The translations under genes were made by a program, and so were the position numbers. A stretch of DNA of 64,000 bases from positions 64,001 through 128,000 of the forward strand of contig CAWJRJ010000012.1 in assembly GCA_963845245.1 (NCBI GenBank), written 5' to 3'. The stretch's first letter is position 1, and each line of letters opens with the position of its first letter. This document shows positions 41,863 to 53,691 of the stretch, piece after piece. The notes beneath the pieces were generated by a model. The model did not search any database, had not been told where the DNA came from, and worked only from the letters and a program-made list of their open reading frames with translations. This DNA comes from Nitrospirota bacterium. Lineage in GTDB: Bacteria; Nitrospirota; JACRHJ01.

Positions 41863-42813
41863 TCAAGCGGCTTTTTCCGAGACCCTGATGCCCATCGCCT
41901 TCAGCACGTCTGGTACGCCCTGACGGATATTCTCATACATGGGCTTAAATCCCAGCTCGTTTACCGCCTTGGCGTTGCTCACCCTGACGGACGAGGAAAA
42001 CGCCTCCGCCAGGACCTCGCCCATAGCGTCCGCGAAGCGGGTGTAGTCTATATGCTCCGGCGTCTTAAGGCCCATCTCGCCAGCCACGATATTTATGAAC
42101 TCGTTCTGCATCAAGGGGTTTGAGTCCACGAGGCAGAAGCGTTCCCCGATGGGCATCTTTTCGAGTATCAGCCTGAACCCGTCGGCAAGGTCGTCGATGT
42201 GGATCAGGCTTTTGTAGTTGTTCCCGGCCCCGACGATCCTGGCCGTCCCGGCCTTCAACCCTTCTACCAAATAATGTTTAAACCAGCTTCCCGGCCCGTA
42301 GACCCAGCCCGGGAATACCTCAATGGTAGGAATGCCAGACTTTCTTGCCGCGCGCTCTATATCCCAGTACTTACCGGCTGTCGGCCTTGAAAGCCCGACC
42401 GGGTCTATCATATGCAGCTCGTTTACCCGTTGTTCGCCCTGGTTGCCGAACGCGGTGACGTGGTAGGTCAGGATAAGGGCCTGGACATGGGCGTTGGCCG
42501 AGGCGTGTATCAGGTTCCCGACCATCTCCGCGTGCGCCTCGGAGCGCCTTTCCGCCTCGTGCAGGGAAAGCCGTTCAGTGATATGGAACGGCGAGGATGC
42601 GCTTATCACCACGTCGCAGTCCTTAACGCTTTCCGACCAGGGCGCGGGAACGAGAAGGTCGCCCAATACCGGGATCCCGCCTGCCGCACGGACAACCTCG
42701 GCCTTAGCCGTATCTTGTGCGAGCCCCTTGACTGTATGACCTACGGAAACGAGCTCTTTCAGGATGGAGAGGCCGACAAAACCTGTTGCTCCTGTAAGGA
42801 ACACCTTCATCAT
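41863..42813 (-). CDS. NAD-dependent epimerase/dehydratase family protein
   Basis: VFLTGATGFVG, GWVYGPG, IHIDDLA, RVSNAKA..ELG. Confidence 0.88.
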   Translation of the reverse strand: MMKVFLTGATGFVGLSILKELVSVGHTVKGLAQDTAKAEVVRAAGGIPVLGDLLVPAPWSESVKDCDVVISASSPFHITERLSLHEAERRSEAHAEMVGNLIHASANAHVQALILTYHVTAFGNQGEQRVNELHMIDPVGLSRPTAGKYWDIERAARKSGIPTIEVFPGWVYGPGSWFKHYLVEGLKAGTARIVGAGNNYKSLIHIDDLADGFRLILEKMPIGERFCLVDSNPLMQNEFINIVAGEMGLKTPEHIDYTRFADAMGEVLAEAFSSSVRVSNAKAVNELGFKPMYENIRQGVPDVLKAMGIRVSEKAA

Positions 42814-42934
42814 CCACCTCCTTCAAAAGGCAATAAAACAGTCCCGTGCACAACCCCTGGCAGGGCGTGCACATACCTTTACTATAAATTATAGCACCGG
42901 ATGATTTATTTCGTGAGGGGGGGCGGGGCGGGTA

Positions 42935-43883
42935 TTAAGCCGCCCTTTCCTCGTTATGTGTAATGCCGAGGGCCTCTATCACCTGCGGGATGCCCGTGGC
43001 AATAGTGGGATATTTAAGTTCAGGCAGAAGGTGTTTTTTCATCCTGGCCCCGGAGACCCTGCATGAGCAGGATGATCGACTCGGCAGCCAGGTCGCCGGC
43101 CATGCCGGCATATGCAGCTATATCGATGTTTTTGGGTGTTCTGACTTCCAAGGTGTTTGCGATGCAGTCCGCAAGTTCGCGCTGTGTCACGGGGTTGTCG
43201 TCCACCAGGGCGTAGCGCTCCCCGAACGGCATCTTTTCGGCTATGGCGGAGTACGCGGCAGCCAGGTCGTCTATGTGTATGAGGCTCATGAAGTTGTTGC
43301 CGTCGCCAACCACGCGCATGGAGCCGTTTTTAATGTTACGGGCCATCGTGGCAAACCAGCCACCCGGGCCGTATACCCAGCCCGTGAATATGTTCAAAAG
43401 CGGGACGCGGGCCTTGCGCGAGGTCTTGTCGATATGCCAGTAAGCGCCTGAAACGGTCCGCTCGTACCCTTTGGGGTCAAGTTCGTTGTTTTCCGTCACC
43501 CACTCGTTGCCCCTGTTCCCGAAGCCGTTAACGCCGTATGTTACAACAACACCCTTTACGCCCGTGCCCGCGGCTGCATGGAAAAGGTTCCCGACCATCT
43601 TTCCGTGGTAAAAGGAGCGCCTTCTGGCCGCGTCGACAGATACCTTTTCAGACTGCCTGACTGGCTGGGAAGCGCTTATAACCAGGTCAGCGTCACCCAG
43701 GACAGAGGCCCATTCACCAGCCTCCAGGAGGTCTCCGATGACCACCCTCGCGCCGGTTTTTTCCACTATGTCCGCGCGGGACTTTGTACGCACGAGCCCG
43801 TCGACGTCGTGGCCATCCTCCACCAACCTCTTTATTATCGCCGACCCGATAAAGCCTGACCCACCTGTAACTAAAATTCTCAT
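42935..43883 (-). CDS. NAD-dependent epimerase/dehydratase, tandem paralog (frameshift near 43075)
   Basis: ILVTGGSGFIG, GWVYGPG, SLIHIDDLA; shifted frame ends EERAA*. Confidence 0.85.
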
Positions 43884-44071
43884 TGAATCACCTCAATAAA
43901 AAATGTATATTTCAGGTAACGGTTAATTGGAGGTTTAAACGGGCTATGCTTGAAATTATAGCATAAACTTTGATTTTGGGTGGCAAGGGCGCAAATTTTT
44001 CAAAAGAAAGCCCCCGGTATGAAAATATCTGGTATAATTTTAAATCAAATTAACAGTGTTAAGGAGGCGGG

Positions 44072-44558
44072 ATGTTAAAAAAAGATAGCTCGCTGTTAGA
44101 CTCGCTCCTCTTCGCGTTCGGGCTTGAGAAGGGTTCAAATACCTTCTACACCAAGGCCGCCGAAAAGATGGATGACCAGAAAAGCAAGGAACTTTTTTAT
44201 GCCATGGCGGACATTGAGAGAGGCCATATGGCAAATATCCGCCTTCTTTACTGCGGGATGGAGAACGAGGCATGCCCGGCGACCATGGAAGAGTTCATCC
44301 AGTCCGCGGAAGGCGAGTACATCGAGGGCGGGAAACTCCTTGAGACACGCACTGAAGGAGCTGGATGTCGCTTTCCTCGACGAGGCGGACGCGATTAAGA
44401 TCGCAATCAAGCAGGAGGGCGAGGCCTACGCCTTCTATACCAAAGCCGCAAAGAGGATGGAGGACAGCAACGCCCGGGTCCTCTTCGACAACCTGGCGGG
44501 GGAAGAACAAAAACATCTGGACACCCTTACAAAGCTTTTAAAGCAGATGACTGTTTAG
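44072..44558 (+). CDS. Ferritin-like/rubrerythrin-family protein (frameshift ~44345)
   Basis: Two E....FY..AA ... E..H diiron half-sites. Confidence 0.85.
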
Positions 44559-44585
44559 ACCTTCGTTTTCTTAAGGAGCAATCGA

Positions 44586-44741
44586 ATGAAATGGAAATGC
44601 ACCGTATGCGGCTATATCTATGACCCTGCCATTGGAGACCCGGACAACGGTATCTCTCCCGGCACTTCTTTTGAGGACCTGCCTGATGACTGGACCTGCC
44701 CTGAGTGCGGCGCCGACAAGTCGGAGTTCGAGAAGGTCTGA
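44586..44741 (+). CDS. Rubredoxin (51 aa; below ORF-track cutoff)
   Basis: [60 protein letters not shown]. Confidence 0.97.
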   Translation: MKWKCTVCGYIYDPAIGDPDNGISPGTSFEDLPDDWTCPECGADKSEFEKV

Positions 44742-44770
44742 CGCACGGCCGTCCCACCGAAGAGTAACTG

Positions 44771-46494
44771 ATGGATAAAAAAACCGTCGCGGGCCTGCTG
44801 GAGGAGCTCGGCGTACTCCTTGAGGTCAAGGGCGAGAGCCCGTTCAAGTCCCTCGCGTACATCAAGGCCGCACGGACGCTCCTTGCCCAGCCGGGCGAGC
44901 TGGACGACATCATCAAGGAGACCGGCCTCAAGGGCATAAAGGGGATAGGCGAGGGCATCCGCGAGAGGATACTCGAACTCCACAAGACCGGAAAGCTCGC
45001 GTATTACGAGGAGGTAAAGGCCTCCATCCCCCCAGGGCTTACCCAGATGATGACGATACCCGGCCTGGGGCCGCACAAGGCCAAGGCCATCTACGATGCG
45101 CTAGGCATCGCAAGCATAGGCGAACTTGCATACGCCTGCAACGAAAACCGCCTGGTAGACCTCCCCGGTTTCGGGGAAAAGACCCAGAAAAACATACTTG
45201 CCGGTATCAAGCTGCTGGAGAAACATTCGGGCCGGTTCCTCTACCCGTTCGCCCTGGCCGAGGCGCAGGCACTCAGTAGCCGGCCTGGAGAAGTCGGGGA
45301 AGGTGATAAGGCTATCCATCGGCGGGAGCCTCCGCCGCAGGAAAGAGACCGTAAAGGACATAGACATCCTCGTGTCCACGGCTGAGCCGGAGGCGGTGAT
45401 GAAGCTTTTCTGCGGGCTGCCTGAGGTCGAACAGGTCGTGGGCAGCGGATCCACAAAGTCGAGCGTCGTCCTGAAGAGCGGCATAGCCGCGGACCTTCGG
45501 GCCGTGACGGATACACAGTATCCGTATGCGCTCCACCACTTCACCGGGAGCGTCGAGCATAACGTCACCATGCGCGGCCTTGCGAAGAAACTCGGCCTGA
45601 AGATGAACGAGTACGGGTTGTTCAGGGGCGAGTCGGAGGAGATGGTCGACTGCAAGGACGAGGCGGAGATATTCAGGGCGCTCGGGCTTTCGTACATCCC
45701 CCCGGAGATGCGGGAGGACATGGGCGAGGTCGCGGCTGCTGCAAAAGATAAGATCCCAACGCTTGTCGAGGATTCGGACATATAAGGGCGTGCTGCACGT
45801 CCACAGCCGCTACTCGGACGGCGTTGACGAGATCGCAGAGCTGGCCGAGGCGGTGAAGAAGAAGGGCTGGCAGTACCTGGGCCTCACCGACCACAGCAAG
45901 ACGGCAGCCTACGCGGGCGGGTTGAAGGCAGAAGACCTGAAGCGCCAGCAGGCGGAGGTGGACGAGCTTAACAAAAGCTACAAGGGCTTCCGCATCTTCA
46001 AGGGGGCTGAGGTTGACATCCTCCCGGACGGGACGCTCGACTATCCGGAGGACATCCTTGCCGGGTTCGACTTCACCGTCTGCTCGATACACTCGAAGTT
46101 CAAGATGACCGAGGACGAGGCGACGGCAAGGATATTGAAGGCGATGGAGAGCCCGTACTTCACTATACTGGGCCACCCCACCGGCAGGCTGCTGCTCGGG
46201 CGCGACGGCTACCCTCTTAACATGAAGAAGATTATAGAGGCCGCCGCAAAGAGGAACATAGCCATCGAGCTGAACGCACACCCGCAAAGGCTTGACATCG
46301 ACTGGCGCGAGATTAAATATGCCAAGGAGTGCGGCGTAAAGATTGCGATAAACCCCGACGCGCACAGCCTGGACGGCCTCGATGTCATGCAGTACGGCGT
46401 GGGCATCGCAAGGAAGGGCTGGCTTGAGAAAGACGACGTGCTGAATACGATGAGCCTCGCTGAGATTGAGCAATATTTCAAGAAAAGAAAGTAG
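44771..46494 (+). CDS. polX: DNA polymerase X / PHP 3'-5' exonuclease (frameshifts ~45272, ~45780)
   Basis: HhH motifs, GSLRR.KETVKDIDIL, HFTGS..HN, LHVHS.YSDG, TDHS, GHPTGRL. Confidence 0.93.
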
Positions 46495-46498
46495 TGAA

Positions 46499-47252
46499 AT
46501 GGACAGCAAAAGTGCAGTAGTCTGGTTGCGATATTTGTCCGTCTTTGTGTTAATGATACTGCTATCGGTACACCCGGCTTATTCACAATCAGAAGCCTCA
46601 CCACAGGGATATTCAGTATATAAAAAAATCAGCCTTTACAAAGGCGGGCAACTGCTTCTGCTCCAGGATTCCAGGATCAACGAAAAGCTTCGGGGTGAGA
46701 TGTGGGGTGTCGGAGGGGTCGATCAGCTTGACGAGAAAGATCAAGCTATCTTCTCGGAGATGCCTCCCAGGAACGCGGTATTGATAGTATTGGATGCGAA
46801 AGGGAAGGTCACATATAATAAACAGCTTGATTCTGTTCTTGCAGAGTTGGAGATGATAAAATTTTATCCGGGAGGCAGGATATTCATATATTCTTACGGA
46901 GGACAAAAGCATCGGCGCCGGTTCATACGCGGGGCTGGTCTCGTCTTTTTTCGAGGTCAACAAAGGGCGGGTGAAATTGCTTTCCGCGAAGAAGGAAAAA
47001 TCAGGGAAGCCTGCTAAAATATCCGTTATGAAGTCATTAAAGACGGATTGGAAGATACTTCCTTCTCCGGAAGGCAAGGGCAAGGATATATATCAGATCG
47101 CATGCAGGCCCGACACAAGGTTCGAGGATGAGTTTTTGCTGATCTATACGAGATACCACTTTAACGGTACGACCTGGATAAAACATGAAAGGCGCGAGAA
47201 CGGGTCCTGGGAAGCGGGAAACAGGTTCCCGTACAGGACGAATTTTCCATAA
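46499..47252 (+). CDS. Hypothetical secreted protein (frameshift ~46890)
   Basis: Signal-like N-terminus; two overlapping ORF halves; lower GC. Confidence 0.55.
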
Positions 47253-47276
47253 GCCTTAATAACAAAGAAGGTCATC

Positions 47277-47942
47277 ATGCCGATAGATTTCAAAAACGAG
47301 ACGCCGGCTCAGAAAAAGAAACGCGCCCTGAAAATCGTCGAACTACTGAAGGAGCGCTACCCGGAGGACCCGAAGACCGCGCTTGACTACAAGACACCGC
47401 TCGACCTGCTTGTCGCCACGATCCTTTCCGCACAGTGCACCGACGTGCGCGTGAACATGGTGATGAAGGAGCTGACGAAGAAGTACAAGAAGGCGGAGCA
47501 TTACGCGTCCGCGAAGCTGGAGGATTTCGAGCAGGAGATACGCTCGACGGGCTTCTACCATAACAAGGCGAAGAATGTTATCGCGATGGCGCAGATGCTG
47601 CTGTCGGATTTCGGCGGCGAGGTGCCGCACACCATGGAGGAACTTGTGCGCCTGCCGGGCGTGGGCCGCAAGACCGCAAACCTGATACTGAGCATCGTAC
47701 ACGGCATACCGGGCATAGTGGTGGATACACATGTCACGCGCGTATCCGGCCGTCTGGGGTTGACGGCGAACAAGGACGCGGAGAAGATAGAGTTCGACCT
47801 GTACGAAGTGCTGCCGAAGGAGGAGTGGATAGGTTTCTCGAACCGTCTTATAATGCATGGGCGCGATACCTGCACCGCGAAGAAGCCGAACTGCGCCGGA
47901 TGCAATTTAAACAAACTTTGCCCGTCCGCATTTACTTTTTAG
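47277..47942 (+). CDS. nth: Endonuclease III
   Basis: LVATILSAQCTD.RVN, LPGVGRKTAN, VDTHV, C.A.KP.C..C.L...C. Confidence 0.97.
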   Translation: MPIDFKNETPAQKKKRALKIVELLKERYPEDPKTALDYKTPLDLLVATILSAQCTDVRVNMVMKELTKKYKKAEHYASAKLEDFEQEIRSTGFYHNKAKNVIAMAQMLLSDFGGEVPHTMEELVRLPGVGRKTANLILSIVHGIPGIVVDTHVTRVSGRLGLTANKDAEKIEFDLYEVLPKEEWIGFSNRLIMHGRDTCTAKKPNCAGCNLNKLCPSAFTF

Positions 47943-47958
47943 ACGTAAAGGATACTTG

Positions 47959-49433
47959 ATGACCAGAGAGAATGCACAACACCGTGCACTGCTACAGAGG
48001 ATTGCCCACAGGGCGATGATAGAGCGCGGCCTGCTGCCGGACTTTACACCCGGCGCGCTTGCGGAGCTTGACAAGTTTACAGGGCGCTAGAACCGATGCA
48101 CCCGGATCAGTGCGCGACATGAGGGGGCTTTTGTGGTGCTCCATAGACAACGACAGCTCCAGGGACCTGGACCAGCTAACCGTCGCGGAAGCGATGCCAG
48201 ACGGCAAGACCAAACTCCTTGTCGCCATCGCGGACGTTGACGAGGTTGTTAAGAAAGGCTCGGCCATTGACGAGCACGCGAAACACAATACTACGTCCGT
48301 ATATACCGCCGCCCAGGTTTTCCCGATGCTCCCCGAGAAACTCTCCACGGACATCACGTCCCTGAACTATGACAGCGACCGCCTTGCGGTTGTGATTGAG
48401 ATGATAATGGGAGATGACGGGTCGCTTGGGGGCTCGGACATATATCCGGCAATTGTCCGCAACAAGGCGAAGCTCGCGTACGACAGTGTCGCCGGATGGC
48501 TGGAAGGCAACGGGACTATGCCGGAAGAGGCCGCCGCTGTAAAAGGGCTTGCCGACAACCTGCGCCTTCAGGACAAAGTTGCGCAGGCGATGAAGGAGTT
48601 GCGGCACGAGCACGGCGCCCTCAACCTGGAGACTGTGGAGACACTGCCCGGTATTTGAGGCAGACAAGGTCACGGACCTTGAGGCCCAGAGGAAGAACCG
48701 GGCAAAGGATATTATCGAAGATCTGATGATTGCGGCCAACGGCGTTACCGCAAGGTATCTCGATGCGAAGGGCTTCCCGTCGCTTCGGCGTGTGGTGCAC
48801 AAGCCCAAACGCTGGGACAGGATCGTCGAGGTGGCAGCGGAGCACGGCGCAAAGCTGCCGCCGGAGCCGGACTCAAAGGCGCTTGAGCAGTTCCTTCTTA
48901 AACAGAAGGCCGCAGACCCTGACGAGTTTCCGGACCTGTCGCTCGCCATAATCAAGATGATGGGGCCGGGCGAGTATGTGGCCGAGCTGCCTAACGAGAC
49001 CGAGGATGGCCACTTCGGGCTTGCGGTGAAGGACTACACACATTCGACCGCACCCAACCGCAGATACCCCGACCTTGTCACGCACAGGCTGATAAAGGCT
49101 GCGTTTGCGGGGCAGAGCGTGCCGTATACCATCGAGGAACTGAGGGCGCTCGCCCTGCACTGTACGCAGGAGGAAGACGCGGCGAACAAGGTCGAACGCC
49201 AAGTGTCAAAATCCGCTGCGGCCCTGCTTCTGGAACACAGGATAGGCGAAAGCTTCGACGGCATCGTCACCGGCGCGGCGGCAAAAGGGACGTGGGTGCG
49301 CCTGTTCCATCCGCCTATCGAGGGAAGGGTCGTGCACGGTTTCGAGGGCCTCGATGTCGGGCACAGGGTGCGCGTGGAACTCGTCCATACGGACGTCGAG
49401 CGCGGGTTTATAGATTTCAAAAGGGTAGGTTAA
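47959..49433 (+). CDS. RNB-domain exoribonuclease (RNase II/R family; frameshifts ~48075, ~48648)
   Basis: SIDNDSSRDLDQ, VAIADV, HFGLA...YTHSTAPNRRYPDL. Confidence 0.9.
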
Positions 49434-49438
49434 ACAAT

Positions 49439-50040
49439 ATGGATTTCTGGGACACCAGATACAGCGAACCGGGCTTTGTCTATGGCACCGAACCGAACGA
49501 GTTCCTTAGTCCTTGCGGCAACGCACATCCCGAAGGGGCGCGTGCTCTGCCTCGCGGAGGGCGAGGGGCGAAACGCGGTGTACCTGGCAGGGCTTGGGTA
49601 TGATGTCACAGGCGTGGACGCATCACCGGTGGGTATGAAGAAGGCGGCTGAACTTGCAAAGAGCCGTGGCGTAAGCATAACAACAATTGTCTCGGACCTT
49701 GCGGAGTTTGTCATAGAGCCGAACCACTGGGACGGCATCGTCTCGATATTCTGCCACATCCCGCCGGAACTTCGGGTGCAGGGTGCACCGCGCGGCAGTC
49801 GCGGGCCTGAGGCCGGGCGGCGCGTTCATCCTGGAGGCATACACGCCGCGCCAATTGGAATTGAAGACGGGCGGCCCGCCGACCATAGAGCTTATGATGA
49901 CACTGGAAGTGCTTAGGGAAGAACTGCGCGGCCTTGAACTTGTCGAGGCCCGGGAGATAGAGCGCGTGGTCAATGAGGGGCATTTTCACCGTGGACCCGG
50001 CGCGGTGGTGCAGGTTGTGGGGATAAAGGCGGGTAGGTAA
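49439..50040 (+). CDS. Class I SAM-dependent methyltransferase (frameshifts ~49508, ~49780)
   Basis: FWD.RY....YGTEPN.FL, LCLAEGEGRNAVYLA, EG.FH.G. Confidence 0.88.
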
Positions 50041-50152
50041 TTTAGGACAGTAGTCAAAGCATGTTTATTTAGGTTTGAACAATGACGATGAGATAGAAAA
50101 TTCCCGATACTTTGATGAACCTCTATAGCTGTGATATCCTATATAAGTCTAT

Positions 50153-51595
50153 TTATTCGAATTTAAGCAGAGACATTTCTAGGGCACCAATTTCACCCGT
50201 ATATTTGGCATAGTAGGCCTGATAAAACTTAAAATCACGACGACCTGCTGCACGGCACTTGGCTTCAATAATTCGCATTATAAGCATTTTGTCGTGTTCA
50301 GGTGTGTTGATGCCAAAGATGATGCCTTCTAAATCATTAAAATTAAATTTAAATCTACGTCTATCGTCGGCGCTATAATCTGTTATTGAGGGGCTGAGAA
50401 TAAGCCTGTACTCTTCTTCACTAGACCAATGCTCAAGTTTAGTTGTTATTGCTTTGATAAAATTATTCCAGTATTTTTCTCGCCATTGTGTTTCAGAGGC
50501 AATGATGTCATCTGCGCAAGAGCTTTTATTTCCATGCTCATCGCAATACCAACACTCATTTAATGCAGACATGGACAGGTAGCCAAGTGATTTAAAAAAG
50601 TCAACTTCAGGATATCGTGCCGCATAATTAACTTTATAAAACTGAAAGTTAACATCCCCATAGAGCAGGCGAGTTTTTTCATTATTTCCACCGAAGCCAT
50701 TTAACCCATGTAATTTTATTGCGGGTTTGCCATGACTCAAACTGGTTTTGAACTTCAAACAAACACCTTTATGATTATCTCCATAGTACCCCCATAGTGC
50801 AGGACTATTGCACTTTTCCAAGAAACAAGCTGTGTACCAATCCACATATACAACCCTATCTAATTGTTTTACATATTTATCTGGAAAATCAATGATAACT
50901 AATCTTTTATTGGGAGAACTCTCAACGTCGTTATATCTGCCTATAAGATCTACCTGTGACATGCCACTAATTACTGACGCATAAAGCCGCTCTGTAACAT
51001 CCTCAATATCAGGATATTTTAGATCTAAGTTGAACGAGTCTATGGAGTCTATATATTCGATTTTTCTTTTTTCTTCTTGCCGACGAAGAGGATTATCATT
51101 AGCGCGCATTGGCATTAAATTATTTTTCTCATATACTGTAAAAATTGTATCGAGCGCATTTAAATGCATGTGTCTTAGATGAAAAATGAGTTCATTGCGT
51201 CGCACTGGGTTGGTTCGTGAGGCAAGTGAATGGAGGTATGTTGTAATGAATTCCTGCCCGAAGAATAAGTCGCAAATTTCTTTATATAGGGCGTGATAAT
51301 GCGGTGTTGGAAAGTTTTTTGGAGTATTGAAAACGGGTATATGGGAGACATCAATTGGATAGTTCTCGCCACCTATTATAAACGATGAGCACACATGTTC
51401 TAAACAGAGCAGATAGTGTTTTAAAAAATTTTTCCAAATGATTAGGTCGCCAGACCAAAACATATCTTTAAATCCTTCAATGGGATCATTTAGTTGTTCT
51501 GGTTTGGCAAAATATATTTCCTGCTTCTCAAGCTCCTGCCGTTCGCCGAGTAATGCGTCGATTGAGCGAAATCTGTATAAATAACTGGTCTCCAC
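50153..51595 (-). CDS. DUF2971-like AT-rich protein
   Basis: LYRFRS, LNDP.EG, LWGYY..NH.GVCL.F, TK...W..E.EYR, IIFG. Confidence 0.8.
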   Translation of the reverse strand: METSYLYRFRSIDALLGERQELEKQEIYFAKPEQLNDPIEGFKDMFWSGDLIIWKNFLKHYLLCLEHVCSSFIIGGENYPIDVSHIPVFNTPKNFPTPHYHALYKEICDLFFGQEFITTYLHSLASRTNPVRRNELIFHLRHMHLNALDTIFTVYEKNNLMPMRANDNPLRRQEEKRKIEYIDSIDSFNLDLKYPDIEDVTERLYASVISGMSQVDLIGRYNDVESSPNKRLVIIDFPDKYVKQLDRVVYVDWYTACFLEKCNSPALWGYYGDNHKGVCLKFKTSLSHGKPAIKLHGLNGFGGNNEKTRLLYGDVNFQFYKVNYAARYPEVDFFKSLGYLSMSALNECWYCDEHGNKSSCADDIIASETQWREKYWNNFIKAITTKLEHWSSEEEYRLILSPSITDYSADDRRRFKFNFNDLEGIIFGINTPEHDKMLIMRIIEAKCRAAGRRDFKFYQAYYAKYTGEIGALEMSLLKFE

Positions 51596-51862
51596 CGGAC
51601 TGCTCTCCTTTTAGATCATCACCATTCATTGTGCGGCGAAAAAACCACGTAACCACCGTATCGACGACACGAGTGTGCAAAAAGTACGTTTTCAGTACAC
51701 TAACCTCAATATTTTACTAAGTCAATCTTATTTGGCCAGGCTCTAAAAGTGCTTGATGTGGCCAAAACGCCTATTAGTATCCACTAAGGCTTATTTTCAG
51801 CCCTGATTTTAAGCTCTGAAGCATAAAATTACGTCAAAAATGTAAAGTAGTTGCAATTAGTG

Positions 51863-51892
51863 TTGACATTTTTGTAGCAGTTGGTATAGAAT
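51863..51892 (+). promoter_or_regulatory. Sigma70 promoter candidate
   Basis: TTGACA-N18-TAGAAT upstream of AAGGAGG RBS. Confidence 0.55.
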
Positions 51893-51944
51893 GCTCTCCG
51901 TCAGTATCGATAACCGAAGTATTGAGGCAGAAGGAGGACACTGA

Positions 51945-53627
51945 ATGGCAACAACAAATTCGCTACCGTCATCCCCGTGGAGGGCGATAATCGAGACGGC
52001 GCTTTATGCCAACTCGGTCAGGAATACGGACATGGCCGAGCTGTACAAGCTCGCGCTGAAGCAGCCCGAGGTGATATGCACCGACCATGACATGTACAAC
52101 CCCGGCCAGTTCGGCCTTCCTGCCGACGCCAAGGTGCTGGTCAGCAACGACGGCAGCGTCGTAGGGCGCACTGCAAGGGCCAGGCTGCTCGTCAGGAACT
52201 TCGACAAGGAGAAGAGCGAGAAGATACAGCTTATCCTCCGTGAGGCCGTCTACCAGCTCAACAAGCGCCCCAGCCTGCACCTGGAGGGCATCGTGGGCAT
52301 GTCGCCGGACTTTATGGTCAAGGCGCACCTGATAAGCCCTGAGACGGACGCCAAGAACATGCTGGACTGGGGGATGAACTTCGCCCCGTTCATGAAGCCC
52401 TGGAGCGACACGTATGCCAAGTCCCGCAAGATTAACGAGCCGGACATCCTGGCATTTGCCGACCCGGAATGGACACACCCGGAGTTCCCGCACGGCTGTA
52501 TCATAATCGACGAGCTGTCCAACTGTATCGCCATCCTGGGGCTGCGCTACTTCGGGGAGCGCAAGAAGGGCACCCTGACCCTCGCATGGACGATGGGCGT
52601 GCGGCACAACATGGTCGCCTGCCACGGCGGCATAAAGAAGATAGGCAACAACCGCCCGATCGCGGTCTTCGGACTCTCGGGTTCAGGCAAGTCGTCCATC
52701 ACGAACAGCCTCGACCACGAGGGTACGCTGAGGAAGGACGAGAAGGTCACGGTCATACACGACGACGCCTTCCTGATAGACCTGGAGAACGACGTAAGCG
52801 TCGCGCTTGAGCCTTCGCTTTTCGACAAGACGGACGCCACGAAGCAGGACGACCCGATACTGAAATATTTCTACTCCGCGCAGAACATCGCGGTCACCAC
52901 GCTGCCCGACGGCAAGGGAAGCAAGAAGATAATGGTGAACGAGGACGTGCGCAACAACAACGGCCGCTGCATAAAGAGCCGCGACATGTTCCACCACGCC
53001 GACTCCTGCGAAAGGCCGAGCATGGTCATATGGCTGCAGAAGGACACAAGCCTGCCGCCGATATGCAAGGTCAAGGGCAGCTCGCTTGCGGTCGCCATGG
53101 GCGCGTCGCTTTCCACCATGCGCGCGAAGGGCGTCGAGAACGTGGACGCGAAGGAACTCGACAAGCTGGTGATAGAGCCGTTCGCAAACCCGTTTCGGGT
53201 GCACTCGCTGCTCGAGGACTGCGAGCAGTTCAGGAAGCTCTTCAAGATGAGCTGCGACTGCTACATCATGAACACGCACGCGTTCGGCCTTCCTGAAAAC
53301 CTGATCAACATACCGAAGGAGCTGTCGCTCTCGATCGTGACGGAGCTTCTGCGCGACAACATACAGTGGCGCGAGTGGAGGACATTCCACGGGCTGCAGG
53401 TACCGCAGAACGGCGCGGAGCTGTTCGGGGCGGACTACGACAAGAAGTACAAGCCGAAGAGGAGCATCGAGTACCTGAACTTCCTTCGCGACCGCATGCA
53501 GGACAGGATAACCTTCCTGTCCAACAAGCGCGACATCGAGCACGACATGGACAACACGTTCATCGCGCCGCTGGTGCTGGCCAGGACCACGATAGACAAG
53601 ATATTGAACCCGGACCTGTACGGTTAG
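51945..53627 (+). CDS. Phosphoenolpyruvate carboxykinase (ATP)-like protein
   Basis: YFGE.KKG, CHGG, FGLSGSGKS, IHDD, N.R, PF.NPF. Confidence 0.8.
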   Translation: MATTNSLPSSPWRAIIETALYANSVRNTDMAELYKLALKQPEVICTDHDMYNPGQFGLPADAKVLVSNDGSVVGRTARARLLVRNFDKEKSEKIQLILREAVYQLNKRPSLHLEGIVGMSPDFMVKAHLISPETDAKNMLDWGMNFAPFMKPWSDTYAKSRKINEPDILAFADPEWTHPEFPHGCIIIDELSNCIAILGLRYFGERKKGTLTLAWTMGVRHNMVACHGGIKKIGNNRPIAVFGLSGSGKSSITNSLDHEGTLRKDEKVTVIHDDAFLIDLENDVSVALEPSLFDKTDATKQDDPILKYFYSAQNIAVTTLPDGKGSKKIMVNEDVRNNNGRCIKSRDMFHHADSCERPSMVIWLQKDTSLPPICKVKGSSLAVAMGASLSTMRAKGVENVDAKELDKLVIEPFANPFRVHSLLEDCEQFRKLFKMSCDCYIMNTHAFGLPENLINIPKELSLSIVTELLRDNIQWREWRTFHGLQVPQNGAELFGADYDKKYKPKRSIEYLNFLRDRMQDRITFLSNKRDIEHDMDNTFIAPLVLARTTIDKILNPDLYG

Positions 53628-53629
53628 AC

Positions 53630-53664
53630 AAAAAAAGAGCGGGCCAGATGGCCCGCTCTTTTTT
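53630..53664. terminator. Bidirectional intrinsic terminator
   Basis: AAAAAAAGAGCGGGCC-AGAT-GGCCCGCTCTTTTTT. Confidence 0.85.
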
Positions 53665-53691
53665 GTTTTGATATTATTCAAACTGCCAACG

